Source of the DNA: Squalus acanthias
Taxonomy: Eukaryota
Assembly (NCBI GenBank): GCA_030390025.1
Contig: CM059432.1
Coordinates: 67,768,001-67,832,000, forward strand
Reading direction: 5' to 3'
DNA: 64,000 bases
Under the pieces are notes generated by a model. It searched no databases. It was not told the DNA's origin and saw only the letters and a list, made by a program, of their open reading frames with translations. Position numbers and translations under genes: made by a program. Below are positions 1 through 12,529 of the stretch, piece by piece. The first letter of the stretch is position 1. Each line of letters begins with the position of its first letter.

Positions 1-350
1 ATCCTTTAACATAGTAAAACGTCCCAAGGTGCTTCACAGGAGCGTAATCAGACAAAAATTGATCAACTAAAGATGGAGATATTAGGATGGTGACTAAAAG
101 CTTCATCAGAGAGGCATGTTTTAAGGAGTATCTTAAAGGAGGAGAGAGAGTTGTGGAGGCGGAGAGATTTTGGAAGGGAATTCCACAGCTTAGGACCTAG
201 CAGTTGAAGGCAAGACCGCCAATGCTGGGCCAATGGGAGTGGGAGATTCACAAGAGGGCAGAGTTGGAAATACACAGAGCTCTCAGAGTGCTGGAGACGT
301 TTACACAGATAGGGAGTGGCGAGGCCATGGAGGGATGCAATTTTGAGGGA
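1..350 (-). mobile_element. L2-clade LINE 3' fragment
   Basis: Minus-strand ORF remnant LGPKLWNSLPKSLR...SFKILLKT, plus the L2-type 3' tail (reverse complement of gggacgttttactatgttaaagg). Confidence 0.75.
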
Positions 351-1164
351 AAACAACTTCCGTCTAGCTCATTACCTTTCACGTCAGTGTTTTTTTTAAA
401 AAAAATGTATGAATGCACTTCGCTTTAAAACACAAACCTTAAATGTATTTCTTTTCAAATCTTTCCTGTGGAAAAGTAGTCAAAAAAATCCTGAAATGTG
501 ACAGTTATTGTTAAAAATAGTTCATTATTTTTTTGAAAACAGACTTTCAAAAGGAGATTCAACTGTTTGGAAAATGCAAGCAATGAGTCAATGTTAGCTG
601 AAGATACTGTGACAAGCACCCAGACATCAAGAGACGATAGACAACTGCAAGGCAAACTATTCCACACCACTGAGCTGATGGAAATGACAGGATTGTCCCT
701 AAGTGTAGGTCTTTACATTTTCGCAAATCAAATGGGATTCCTATTTGAAATCCTAGCAAAGGGCAATTTCTGTTTTTATAAAAATGTAATATCTGTATTG
801 GGTGCAAAATCACATTCATAGGACAATTCAAATAAGTCAGAATTGCTAAGGCATATTTCTCTAACGGTTCATCAAAAAAATGGATTATCCTGAGCTGAAG
901 TTAAAACATTTGTGTGTTGCGGCAATTTAGCACACAATAAATCATTTTTTTTCCACAGCACGTGTTTTCATTGGAAGTGCAAAATGAAGAGCTTCCAGGC
1001 AAATAAGAAGACTGATGAAGAAACTAGTGCATATTCAAAATATTGCAACATAAGGGCTTTCCTTTTTTCTGCCCATTTGTCCATGAGTACTAAACATTGC
1101 AATTTAAAAGAATCAGTGCATGATCTGGAAAAAAATGTCCTTAATGCAAGGAACTGTTGGACTC

Positions 1165-1300
1165 TAAGGGAATCAAGGGATATGGGGATCGAGCAGGAAA
1201 GGAGTTGATGTAGAAGATCCACCATGATCTTATTGAATGGCAGAGCAGGCTTCAGGGGCTGTATGGCCTACTCCCGCCCCTATTTTTATGTTCTTATGTA
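1165..1300 (+). mobile_element. CR1 LINE 3' end fragment
   Basis: atcaagggatatggg...ccatgatcttattgaatggcagagcaggc...tatgttcttatg; same tail type as the CR1 at 53890. Confidence 0.75.
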
Positions 1301-2689
1301 ACATTTGAGTCATATTCTAAATACAGCTGCAGCACATTACATTAAAAAAAAATGCTGAAGGTAAAGTTCAGCCAAATCCAAACTGAATTCACAAAGCTAC
1401 ATATACAGCGTGGATTGACTGATCTCTCAAAAATGTGGAGGAGTTCCGATTATTGCTGCTTCTCCTTCTCCATAGGTAAAAAACTGAATCAACTGTTCAA
1501 ATATGCATTCTTTTAAAGCATAGTTTGCATTACCAAATATAAACTTGACTTCCATTGAACCCATTCAAAGCTATTATAATCTCTGAATTGGATAATGTAT
1601 CTGCAAAAGATTTTGTAATTAGCTTGTTACCTTTTATCTTTAAATATCATCCACTTTAATTATATGCAAAGGGCATGAATAGTATGTTAATATATTCACT
1701 ACACTTGTAGTGCATTTAATTTTCTAGTTGATCTATTTTTAATGTGTAGCGTGGCCAGCAGTCAGTTATGATAAACCTCTCGGTGAGCTTTCTGATGAGC
1801 CTCACAGTTGGCGAGAAACCTTAGCTGATAGCTGCTGCAGACTTCTTTTATTACACAAGTGAGAAATATTACATAAAATTGGAGTTTTCCCAGTTTCCTC
1901 ACTTTTAGAGATGGAAAATGGTTTTCTACCCATTTTTGGGCCTGAAACAGGCAGCATGCTGGCAGTGGAATATGCACATGCGCACGCGCACCACCCGCCC
2001 TATTGGATGCTTAAGTGCTTGTTTTATGCCTGCAAAACAAGTGCCACATCAACGAATTTCCAGGCCTTAATGTTTTTGCCACAGAGGTACTGAAGTTAAT
2101 TGTTAGTACAACAAATCTGACATGTAAAATTAAACAGGACCCTGCTGACAGCACATAAAATATAACATAGCACGTTTAGCAAAATGTTAATCAGAATTGT
2201 TGAAAATTAAATCTCATTCACTGCCAAGGCAATCTCTAATCACTTCCTTATCTCCCTTATAATCCACATTCTGCTACAATCCTCTAGTTTTAATTTTCTC
2301 AAAATTATGAGATGTGAAGGGTTAAACCTTTAGGACACCATTGCAAAAACTGATGCTGCTGCAGAATGATCAACGTCAACCCAAGGTACAAACTGCTGCT
2401 TACAGAATGATCGGATCAGCCAAAGATCACAATAGACAATGGCTTGCATGCAGGCTGATTATCTGGTACAGAGATGGAACAAACATCTCAAAAGCAGACA
2501 ATGATGTTGAAAACGAGACATGCCTAAGGTTTACAGTCAATTCAAAACTGCAAACAGAATCTATCAGAAAGTTCCCGAACAGGTTTTGGTGTTGTCGACA
2601 AAGGGGCAATCAGACAAATCAATTAAGAGATTGTGGAATAAAAACTGAAAATGCTGAAAAATACTCAGCAGGTCAGACAGCATCTGTGA

Positions 2690-2740
2690 AGAGTGAAACA
2701 AAGTAAACATTTCAGGTCGATGACCTTTCATCAGAACTGG
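2690..2740 (-). ncRNA. Minimal type-I hammerhead ribozyme motif in the Penelope pseudo-LTR (partly decayed)
   Basis: Minus strand reads agtt-CTGATGA-a-aggtc-atc-gacct-GAAA-tgtt-tact: conserved core with a 5-bp stem II. Confidence 0.65.
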
Positions 2741-4486
2741 AAAAAGTTAGAGATGTAACAGATTTTAAGCAAGAACAGAGGCAGGGAAAGGGGTGAGGGG
2801 AGGAAAGAACAAAAGGGAAGGTCTGTGGTAGGGTGGAAGGCAGGAGAGATTAAATGACTAAAGGGATGATGGTGCAAGGCTAAAGGGGATGGTAATGGGA
2901 TGAGTAAAGAAACAAAAGATGAGTCTAGAGGAGGTGTAAATGGCAACAGCAGAATCATCAGCAACAACTGCTGTCTGAAAAAATGGGAGCAGTGGGTATG
3001 ATCTGAAATTGTTAAACTCAATGTTGAGTCCAGAAGGCAGTAAAGTGCCTAATTGAAAGATGAGGTGCTGTTCTTCGAGCTTACGTTGGGCTTCACTGGA
3101 ACAGCGTAAGAGGCCGAGGACAGAGAGGACAGAGTAGGAGTGGGGCGGAGGATTAAAATCACAGGCAATCAGAAGTTCAGAGTCACGCTTGCGGACTGAA
3201 TGTAGGTGTCCTGCAAAGCAATTGCCCAATCTGCATTTGGTCTCCCCAATGTAGAGGAGACCGCATTGTGAGCAGCGAATACAGTATACTAAATTGCAAG
3301 AATTTCACCTGGAAGCAGTGTTTGGGGCCCTAGATGGTGGGAAGAGAGGAGGTAAAAGGGAAGGTGTTACATCTCCCGTGGGAAGGGGAGGGTATGTTGG
3401 GGTGATAGAAGAGTGGACCAGGGTGTCGCAGAGGGAACGGTCCTTTCAGAATGCTGAAAGGGGAGACGAAGCTGCGTTTGGTGGTGGCATCACTCTGGAG
3501 GTGACGGAAATGGCGGAGAATGATGCGTTGAATGTGAAGGCGGGTGGGGTGGAAGGTGAGGACAAGGGAAACACTATCGTGGTTCTGGAAGGGAGGGGAA
3601 GGGGTGAGAGCAGAAGTGCGGTAAATGGGATGGACACAGTCGAGGGCCGTGGTGGGTGGGAATCCTTGGTCAGAGCATATGTGACTAAGATGGAGAAACT
3701 GGGAGAATGGAATAGAGTCCTTACAGGAAGCGGGGTGGGAGGAAGTGCAGTCAAGATAGCTGTGGGAGTCAGTAGGATTATAGTGGATATTATTCGATAG
3801 CCTATCCCCACAAATGGAGATAGAGAAATTGAGGAAGGGAAGAGTCGGAGATGGACCCTGTGAAGACGAGGGAAGGATGGAAATTGGAAGCAAATTTGAT
3901 GACACTTTCCAGTTCGGAATGAGAGCAGGAAACGGCACTGATACAGTCATCAATGTACCGGAAACAGAAGTGAGGGAGGGGACCTGAGTAGGACTGGAAC
4001 AAAGAATGTTCCACATATCCCACGAAAAGGCAGGCATAGCTAGGACCCATACAGGTTCCCATAGCGACACCTTTTATTTAGAGGAAGTGAGTGGAGTCAA
4101 AGGACAAGTTGTTCAATGTGAGAACAAGTTCAGCCAGGCGGAGGAGGGTGGTGGTGTATGGCGACTGGTTGGGCCTCTGTTTCACGAAGAAGTGGAGGGG
4201 CCGTCCTCATGGGGGATGGAAGTGTAGAGGGATTGGATGTTCATGGAGACAGTTAGGGCCAGGAAACTAGAATCTGTTAAAGTGGCAGAGGACGTCAGAA
4301 GAGTCATGGATATAGGAGGGAAGAGACTGGATAAGGGATGAAAAAAATAGAGTAGAGATGGGAAGAAATCAGTTCCATGTTGCAAGAGCAGGAAAAACGA
4401 TGGTTCTAGCATGGTAGTCCTGTTTGTGGATCTTTCAAGGAGGTAGAAGCAGGCGGTGTGGGGCTGGGGTACTATGAGGTTGGAGG

Positions 4487-5530
4487 TTTTTTTTATTCAT
4501 TCATGGGATGTGGGTGTCACTGGCAAGGCCAGCATTTATTGCCCATCCCTAATTGCCCTTGAAGAGGTGGTGGTGAGCCGCCTTTGTGAATTGCTGCAGT
4601 CTGTGTGGTGAAAGTTCTCCCACAGTGCTGTTAGGGAGGGAGTTCCAGGATTTTGACCCAGCGACGATGAAGTAAAAGCGATATATTTCCAAGTCAGGAT
4701 GGTGTGTGACTTGGAGGGGAACTTGGGGTGGTGGTGTTCCCCTGCGCCTGCTGCCCTTGTCCTTCTAGGTGGAAGAGGTCGCAGGTTTAGGAGGTGCTGT
4801 CACAGAAGCCTTGGTGAGTTGCTGTGTTGTGACTTGTAGATGATACACACTGCAGCCATGGTACGCTGGTGGTGGAGGGAGTGAATGTTTAAGGTGGTGG
4901 ATGGGGTACCAATCAAGCCGGACTGTTTTGTCCTGGACGGTGTTGAGCTACTTGAGTGTTGTTGGAGCTGCACTCATCCAGGCAAGTGGAGAGTATTCCA
5001 TCACACTCCTGACTTGTGCCTTGTAGATGGTGGAAAGAAATTAGGGAGTCAGGAGGTGAGTCACTCACTGTAGAACACCCAGCCTCTGACCTGCTCTTGT
5101 AGCCACAGTATTTATGTGGCTGGTCCAGTTAAGTTTCTGGTCAATGGTAACCCCAATATGTTGTTGGTGGGGGATTCAGTGATGGTAATGCCGTTGAATG
5201 TCATGGGAAGGTGGTTTTACTCTATCTTGCTGGAGATAGTCACAGCCTGGCACTTGTGTGGCGCGAATGTTACTTGCCACTTATCAGCCCAAGGCTGAAT
5301 GTTGTCCAGGTTTTGCTGCATGTGGGCATGGACTGCTTCATTATCTGTGGAGTTGTGAATGGAACTGAACATTGTGCAGTCATCAGCGAACATCCCCACT
5401 TCTAACCTTATGATGGAGGGAAGGTCATCGATGAAGCAGCTGAAGATGTTTGGACCTAGGACACTGCCCTGAGGAATTCCTGTAACAATGTCCTGGGGCT
5501 GAGATGATTGACCTCCAACAACCACAACCT
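4487..5530 (-). mobile_element. 5'-truncated CR1-group LINE (lineage A) nested in the Penelope element
   Basis: RT motifs GIPQGSVLGP and FADD; 3' tail cacatcccatgaatgaataaaaaa. Confidence 0.85.
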
Positions 5531-6030
5531 AAGTATGAGTCTGTGGAGGGAAGATCTCCAGAGGAGATGAGGTCAGTGATAGTCTGGGAAACAATGGATT
5601 GATGTTCGGTGATGGGGTCAGCATCCATGGGGAGGTAGGAGAAGGTGTCAGAGAATCAGTATTCAGCTCTGCAATTTAGAGGCCGGTTCGCCAAACAACA
5701 GCATCTTGTCAGCAGGTTTAATGACAATGTTAGGGTTGGACCTGAGAGAACAGAGTGCTGTAAGTTCAGAGGGAGGTAGATTAGAGTGAGTGATTGGAGT
5801 AAAAAAATAGTGACAGCCGATGTCACGCTGGCAGTTTCCAATGAAAAGATCTAGAGAGGGTAAGAGACCAAAGGGAGGGGTCCAGGTGGAATGAGAATTC
5901 TGAAGATGGGAGAAAGGGTGCGCTGTGTGGATCGAAGACACCTGGCCAAAGAAGTGGGTGCGGAGGTGAAGGTGATGGAAGAAGAACTCAGCCTCACGCC
6001 GAGCTTGAAATTCATTGAGGTGGGGGCGTA

Positions 6031-6200
6031 AGAATCATAGAATCATAGAAATTTACAGCACAGAAGGAGGCCATTTGGCCCATCTTGTTCGTGCCGGCCG
6101 ACAAAGAGCTATCCAGCCGAATCCCGCTTTCCAGCACTTGGTCCATAGCCTTGTAGGTTATGGCAGTTCAAGTGCATATCTAAGTACTTTTTAAATGTAA
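6031..6200 (-). mobile_element. CR1 3' tail fragment nested in the Penelope element
   Basis: (agaatcat)n terminal repeat followed by acagcacagaaggaggccatt; the same tail occurs at ~14030, ~39407, ~43850 and ~52340. Confidence 0.75.
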
Positions 6201-7226
6201 GAGGAGGAAGCTGAGGCCTTTGCTGAGGACTGATCATTTGGAGTCAGAAAGGGAAAGGTCAGAGGTGATCATGAAAACACGGCAAAGGGTGAGATTGGAA
6301 GGAGGGATGGGGTCAGAGGAAAGTGAAGGGGAAGTAGGATCCAGAGGGGCATGGTTTCCAAGAGTCGTTGAAGCTTGCGGTCCTTGACATCTGAAAGGAA
6401 GAAAAAAGTTATTTATTAAAGCGCCTGATGAGGCAAAGGACGAAATGGAAGTGCGGACCAGGACAGCTTTGAGATAGAGGGGGTGCTGCTGAAGAGAGAG
6501 GTCAAGAGCATGCATGTGGTGGTGCATGGCATTGAATGTGGATCTCAGGATGCGGCGAGAGCAGTGGTTTGAGAAACGCTTAATATCTTGGAGATATCTG
6601 TAATCATGGGTGGATCTAAATCATAAAGGGTGGAATTTCAGTTGGAATCCACATGGATTAATTTGGAGCCGGAGGACGTTGCTGAGGAAAGAGATGTGGC
6701 TGTGAAAGCAAGTTTTGGAAATACCCGATCAAACACGGGAAGGGAAACTGAAAGCAATGAAGGTGAACAAGGTAAAAGAAACAAACAGAAATCCCGTCGG
6801 AGAAATGAGAACTTCTTCAAGGTGGACATTCCTGGAAGAGAAGTGGCAGTGAATTAAACACTAATAAAAAAGCAAAAATACTGCGGATGCTGGAAATCTG
6901 AAATAAAAACTGAAAATGCTGGAAATACTCAGCAGGTCAGGCAGCATCTGTGGAGAGAGAAACAATGTTAGCATTTCAGGTCGATGACCTTTCATGACAA
7001 CTGGAAAAAGTTAGAGATGTAATGTAACAGGTTTTAAGCAAGTACAGAGGCAGGGAAAGGGGAGGGGAGGAAAGAACAAAAGGCAAGGTCTGTGATAGGG
7101 TGGAAGGCAGGAGGGCTTAAAGGACAAAAGGGATGATGGTACAAGGCAAAAAGGGTTGGTAATGGGATGAGAAAAGAAACAAAAGATGGGACTAAAGAAG
7201 GTGTAAATGGCAACAGCAGAATCATT

Positions 7227-8867
7227 GGCCCAGAAATTAAACACTCTGGGGTAAAAATTCAGTTGGTTGCGCCTCCCGTTAGCGCCTTAAGAGGGCGCTA
7301 ATGGGGCGCAAAGCCGCTAACGCCCGGGCGCAGCGATGTTTGCGCCGCTCGGGAACTTAACTAGACATTGTGCGGCGGCGCTAAACTTTACCGCTGCGAC
7401 CACCTGCGCGCGCAGATTGTGACGTCATTCCATGGTGCAACGCCCTTGTGGCGCCCCGGAGCGGAAATTGAGTGGCGCCCCCTGCCTTACCGCCTGACGC
7501 TAGCAACGACAGGTTGAGGGGAGCGTTCTGCAGTCATGAAGGGAAAGGGGGAGCGCTATTTAAAGGTGACCGCTTCCTGCCTTTTATTGTTGGTGCCATT
7601 TTTGAACTACGCATTCTGAGAGAGAGAGGGAGAGAATTCTGGAGAGATTCAACGTTGTGTGAAGGAGTTTTGGGTACTGAGCAGCACTTTGCAGGTTCAT
7701 TTTGATTTGCCATTCCTTGTATCGATTTAGCAGAGACTGTGGGAGCTGCACTCTGAGCTCTTTGCCTGGTACTCTCCATTGTTCTTTCCAGCACATTTGA
7801 TGTGCAAGTCTCTCCAGGCCGAGATTCAAGGCTGCAATGAATAGGATGTGGATGGAAAGCAAGATTAACCATCCTCTTTAAGAACTGGCCCGTGCCATTG
7901 TGTGTGTGTTCCATTGCTGACTGACATTACATGAGCTTCGCCAGCGCTCTGAGTTAGCGCCTCACTCCTTGGCCTTTGCGCCTTAAGACAGGTGTGCAGC
8001 GCCTGATTTAGCGCTCCACTCACCTCCCGGGGCGGTAAAAGTGAAGTTTCCAGTCAGTGGCGATAATTAGCGCCAGGCGCTAATATTTGCGTCCAGACGA
8101 TATTTGCGCCCCAAATGGGGCGCGACCTAATTTTTCCCCCTGAGTGTTCACGCGGGGGTAAGGCTTCCCCGCGATATCTCACTCCGCGCCTACCTTTTTC
8201 CTCCGGGCCCACACGAACTTTAGTTTCAAGGCTGCAGCTGTGCAGTGCTTGCGTGACCCAGAGACACAATTAGTTTGTGCGAGCTCTGGGATCACGTGAT
8301 TCAGTTAGAGCCAATGGCAGCACACCATCTTTCATTCATAGTTTTCACAGCAAGGGCTGTCAAAGCTATGAATACTATACCCCCCCAAAAGAACAGCTAA
8401 ACCTCAATTAAATTTTTTTTAAAAGCCATCACATTAATAAAATAAGTATAGTTAAATAAATTAACCACTTCAAACAAAAAATAAAATTTTTGAAAAAATT
8501 TAAAATCTTTTTAAATGTTATAAAAATAAACTTACCTTGCTTTAAAGTCTCTAAAAAAGATAAACCTGTTGAAAAAAATTTAAAATAATACTTAATTAAC
8601 TACTTACCTTGTTAAAAGAGGGTCTTACGCCTCCTTTCTTTATGTGTAAAATCTTCCATGCTTACCTGCGCGTTCAAAGCACTAAGTGCACTGTGTGCGC
8701 ACAGCCTGTAGCGCGCACGCGGTTCACTTAGGAACCGCCCCCTTTTGAATTCACGAAGTGCCGATTTCCCGCGCATGCGCAGTGCATGCAGGAAACCGGC
8801 AATTGGAGACCTAAAACGCGAGAGTACACAGTGCGTACTCTCGCGTATTAGGTCTAATTTTCGGGCC
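7227..8867. mobile_element. Harbinger-type MITE with AT-rich core, inserted in the pseudo-LTR
   Basis: TIRs ggcccagaaatt / aattttcgggcc; ATT TSD (7224-7226, 8868-8870); the pLTR resumes after it; related to 18168-18931. Confidence 0.85.
7248..8140 (+). mobile_element. 893-bp non-autonomous Harbinger (family of 30047-34157), nested in the MITE above
   Basis: TIRs ggggtaaaaatt / aatttttccccc; near-identical to 48994-49886; ends match the coding element at 30047. Confidence 0.92.
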
Positions 8868-9689
8868 ATTACCAACAGCTGCTGTCTGAAAAAGTGGGAG
8901 CAGTGGTTATGATCAGAAATTGTTGAATTTCCTGTTCACATTCCTTCAGTCTGGTTTCCAACCTTCTCAGGGAGCAAGAAAAGCTCTAGCCCAAGACATG
9001 ACCGACGTCCCGTGTAACCGTGACTGGTACATTATCCTTACTCCTCTGTCCATTCTGTAGTGTTCTATATGGTTGGCCACACCATGCTCTTTCAAAGCCT
9101 CTCCTCTTTCATCCTTGCTGGGTCCTACTCCTACCTATCCGAATGGAGTCAGTGCATCACCAGCAATGGTTTACTTTCTCTCCCACATACCATCCCCTCT
9201 GGAATACCCCAAAGGTTTATACTTAGCCCCCTTCTCCTTATCAATCTCCATTGTCAAGCCCCTTGGCGACATCCTCCATATAACTTTCATATGTAGCCTG
9301 GAGGGGCAGCACTCCTGCTCCTCTTGGCCCCCAAAAAATAATTTCTCACTTACCCTTTTGGGGCTTCGTCCTCTTGACTGCCTGGTTTTATCAGGCCTGC
9401 TCTGCCCAGTAAACCCTCAAAACTGCATTGAGGTCTTATGTGTATCATAGGACCCCGATTTGTATAGATTAATGATGCTGTTCCATGATTCAGCCAGCAC
9501 CTGGACCACCCAGCAGAAGGCCCTGGGAAAATTGGTGGTGGAGCGGAAACAGATTGGTAAGTCGGCCACCTTGGTTTTAACTTTGCTACTATCCTGATGT
9601 CAATGGAAAAGAAAATCGGACAAGGTGTAAAACGGGTTGCCAATTCGCTATCACTTGTTTATCCCAATGTGGTAATAGTTATAATCACC

Positions 9690-10175
9690 CACTCCTATCC
9701 TTATGATGGAGGGAAGGTGATTGATAAAGCAGCTGAAGATCGGTTGAGTAGACAATGCTGTCCTGAGCAATTCATGCAGCAATGTCCTGAGCTGCAATGA
9801 TTGGCCTCCAAAAACCACAACCATCTTGTCGTGAGTCATCTTCTGGAGGGTTTTCCTCTTGATCTCAATGGCTTCTGTTTTGTTAGAGCTCTTTGGTGCT
9901 GTACTCGATTGTATGCTCCCTTAAAGTCGAGGGCAGCTACTTTCAGCTTCCTTCTGGCATACAGCATCTGTGTCTGGATTAAGGCTATGATGAGGTGTGG
10001 AGCCATGGGCTTCTGGCAGAACCTGAACTGAGTATTGGTGAGCAGCTTATCGGTGAGTAGGTGTCACTTGATGTACTATTGATGACTCCTTCCATCACTT
10101 TGTTGATGAATGGGAGAAGGTTGATCGGGCAAAATTGGCCAGGTTAAATTTATCCTGTTTTTGTGGATAGAACAT
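9690..10175 (-). mobile_element. Degraded lineage-A LINE RT fragment
   Basis: IFSCFINHLPSIIR remnant, similar to 35700-36260. Confidence 0.65.
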
Positions 10176-10197
10176 TGTTCCAATACAGAGGTATTAT

Positions 10198-10942
10198 GGG
10201 GGAAAAATTTGGTGGTGCCTCCTTTGGGGCGGTAACTTCGTCGGGGCGCTACTTTTAGCGCACCGAAAAAGTTAGCACCCCTGCACTGTAAATTCAGTGG
10301 TAGTGCCCCAAGCAGGAGGTGGGACGTTACTAGAAGCTCTCCCCCTCCTTCCTGGGGCGCTACAAGTGAATATCGCAGCGCTACATGCAACAGCGCCACG
10401 TGTCGGCACGTAGCGCCGCAGTATTGTAGGCCTCCCTCCCCTGATTAAAGGGGTGGGGCCTAGCACTGCGCGCACTGGGGCCCTGCTGGACCACCGGGGA
10501 GCGGGTGCCGGGAAGCAGCCCGGCACTCAAGAGGAGTGCTGGGCTGAGCGATCGCAGCCGGCACCCCGAATAAAAAAGGAGAAGGGGGCAGGTGCCGGCA
10601 GGCGGCCAAAAAAAATGGCCGCCCGACACCTGCCCTTTAAATTGTGCCGCCGCGGCTGCAAAAATGCCACCCTGACGCTGTCGGACATATCGTCCGACGA
10701 TAGGTCAGGGGGCGCAACTGAAGTTTGCGGCCGGGGTGCGAGCAGGGCGCTGCGCATGGTGATAACGTCATCACCAGAGGGGCAGCGCCACAGGGTGCTA
10801 CCCACTACCGCCGCCACTAACCTCCTGCTGAATTTCACGGGAGGCGGTAACAGTGCTGTGCCCGGCTGCTAGGGTCTTTGCGCCCCGTTAACGCCCCCCG
10901 GGGGTGCTAACGGGAGGCACAAAGCAACCCAATTTTTCCCCT
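10198..10942. mobile_element. GC-rich Harbinger MITE
   Basis: TIRs gggggaaaaatt / aatttttcccct; TAT TSD; right end resembles the reverse complement of the 30047-family left end. Confidence 0.82.
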
Positions 10943-11539
10943 TATAAACCTCAGGCAAGTCTCTTGCCTAATGGAATCCCACAAAATGTATTTGTACCCC
11001 CTCAGCTTATGTTACGTTGTGAAGTCATTTTAGTATTCAAAGTTCTCTATTTTTCTCTCTGGATAAAAGGAGCAGGTTTGATCTTGACACTTTTTATTTT
11101 TGATTGTCATTTTCAATTTACAATGTTTGTGCACATTTATAAACAATCAAAGAGACACATCTGACCTTCAGTTGTGCATATATTTCACAGAATATAATTA
11201 TCATAGCTTACCTGGTTAATGTAGGTAACTCTGTGCACGTTCAAAATATGTGCAGAACGATGTAAAAAAAATGGTTTTGCAAGCCCCTGCAAACATTAAG
11301 TAGTTCGAATTCAAACTGTGCTGCACCTTGTTTCTGCAAAAATAATTAAAATTTTGAAACTAAGCGCCTTAGGGTGAATGCCAGACATAAACAGTTTGAG
11401 ACAGCCACTGATTATTGCAGCTCAAACTGACCAGGGAACTTGTCCCTAAAATATTGTCTTGCCTCCGACAATAAGCATCAAAACGGGCCTTGGGAAAATG
11501 TCCCCCTCCCCAACTAAATTACTTAAATCTTCCAAGCTC

Positions 11540-11740
11540 TCCTCCCCTGCTGTCCCCCCATCCACCTTCCCCATTCCCTTCCCCCATCCATTAACCCCCT
11601 CTTCTCCATCTCTCTCCAACCTCTTTCTCTCCTCACTCTCCACATCCTCACCTCTCTTCCTCTTCCTCTTCTCCTCCATCCTCCTTCCACTTCCACCAAC
11701 CCTTTTCCCCAGCCTCTTCTTCTTTTCTCCTCCATCATCC
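11540..11740. repeat. Pyrimidine-rich (C/T) low-complexity tract
   Basis: Almost purely C/T with scattered A. Confidence 0.7.
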
Positions 11741-12529
11741 CATGTCCAATTCTGGCTGGCTCTGCATTCCTAGGTGACTCTGGTCTCTCCCAGCTTCTAC
11801 AGGCGCCACTGCCTCTTCTGCCTCTCAGCATTCCCCCCAAACCACATATTATCTGCTACCTCCTCCTCCCACTCAATCCTGCAACCTCCCGACGAACATG
11901 CAACCTACTATCTCCAACCTACCTCCCATACTCGAGCCCTTCAGTTCATCTCTTGGATTACTTTTTGCTGCAGTTCCCAGATGTGCCACTACTGGATCTG
12001 TTGGAGGGATTGGAGGGTGGAGGACAAGGGTAGATGTCCTGCTCCAGTCTATTTTGCGTTAAAGAAAATTCTCCTCCTCGTACCATTAGGACTCACACCA
12101 ATGCTAGAATGCCAATGCCCTCTGCACCTCTGATTCATTCCAAACAGTATATGACAGCAGAGAATATCAACAGTACACCATTGAGTTTGTATCAGATTTC
12201 CCATCAAATAAGTAGGTTAATGTACAGTGATGCTAACAATTAAAATGAATACATAGTAGCACAATTCTTGCAATATGACTGTACCAAACTGACAAGACTT
12301 TTGAAGTTGCACTCTGCTCCTTCCACTGACTCTAGAAATTCTCTTACACACAAGTCTCCTTCTAAACCCAGCACAAACTTTCAACACAGTTCCTAGAAGC
12401 ACTCAATATCAGCAGTAAGATGGCTACAATTGTCCTCAGCATTCAAGAGTTAAGAAAGGGAAAATTTGCAGAGATTCCCATTCTTAGTCACTCTGCACCA
12501 ACCAATCTGGAAGTGACTTATTTTTATTA

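Larger units (their letters stand above)
2632..8930 (-). mobile_element. Penelope-like retroelement (RT + GIY-YIG), degenerate, with direct pseudo-LTRs at ~2632-3020 and ~6870-8930 (the latter interrupted)
   Basis: Fragments MGTCMGPSYACLFVGYVE, FRYIDD, YLDCTSSHPASCKDSIPFSQF and RKLEEQHLIFQLGTLLPSGLN. A ~370-bp direct repeat lies at both ends. Interrupted by LINE and MITE insertions. Confidence 0.88.

Noticed and set aside
11446..11840. ORFs over the C/T-rich tract and other short antisense ORFs across the window
   Set aside because: Low-complexity or shadow frames of transposon sequence
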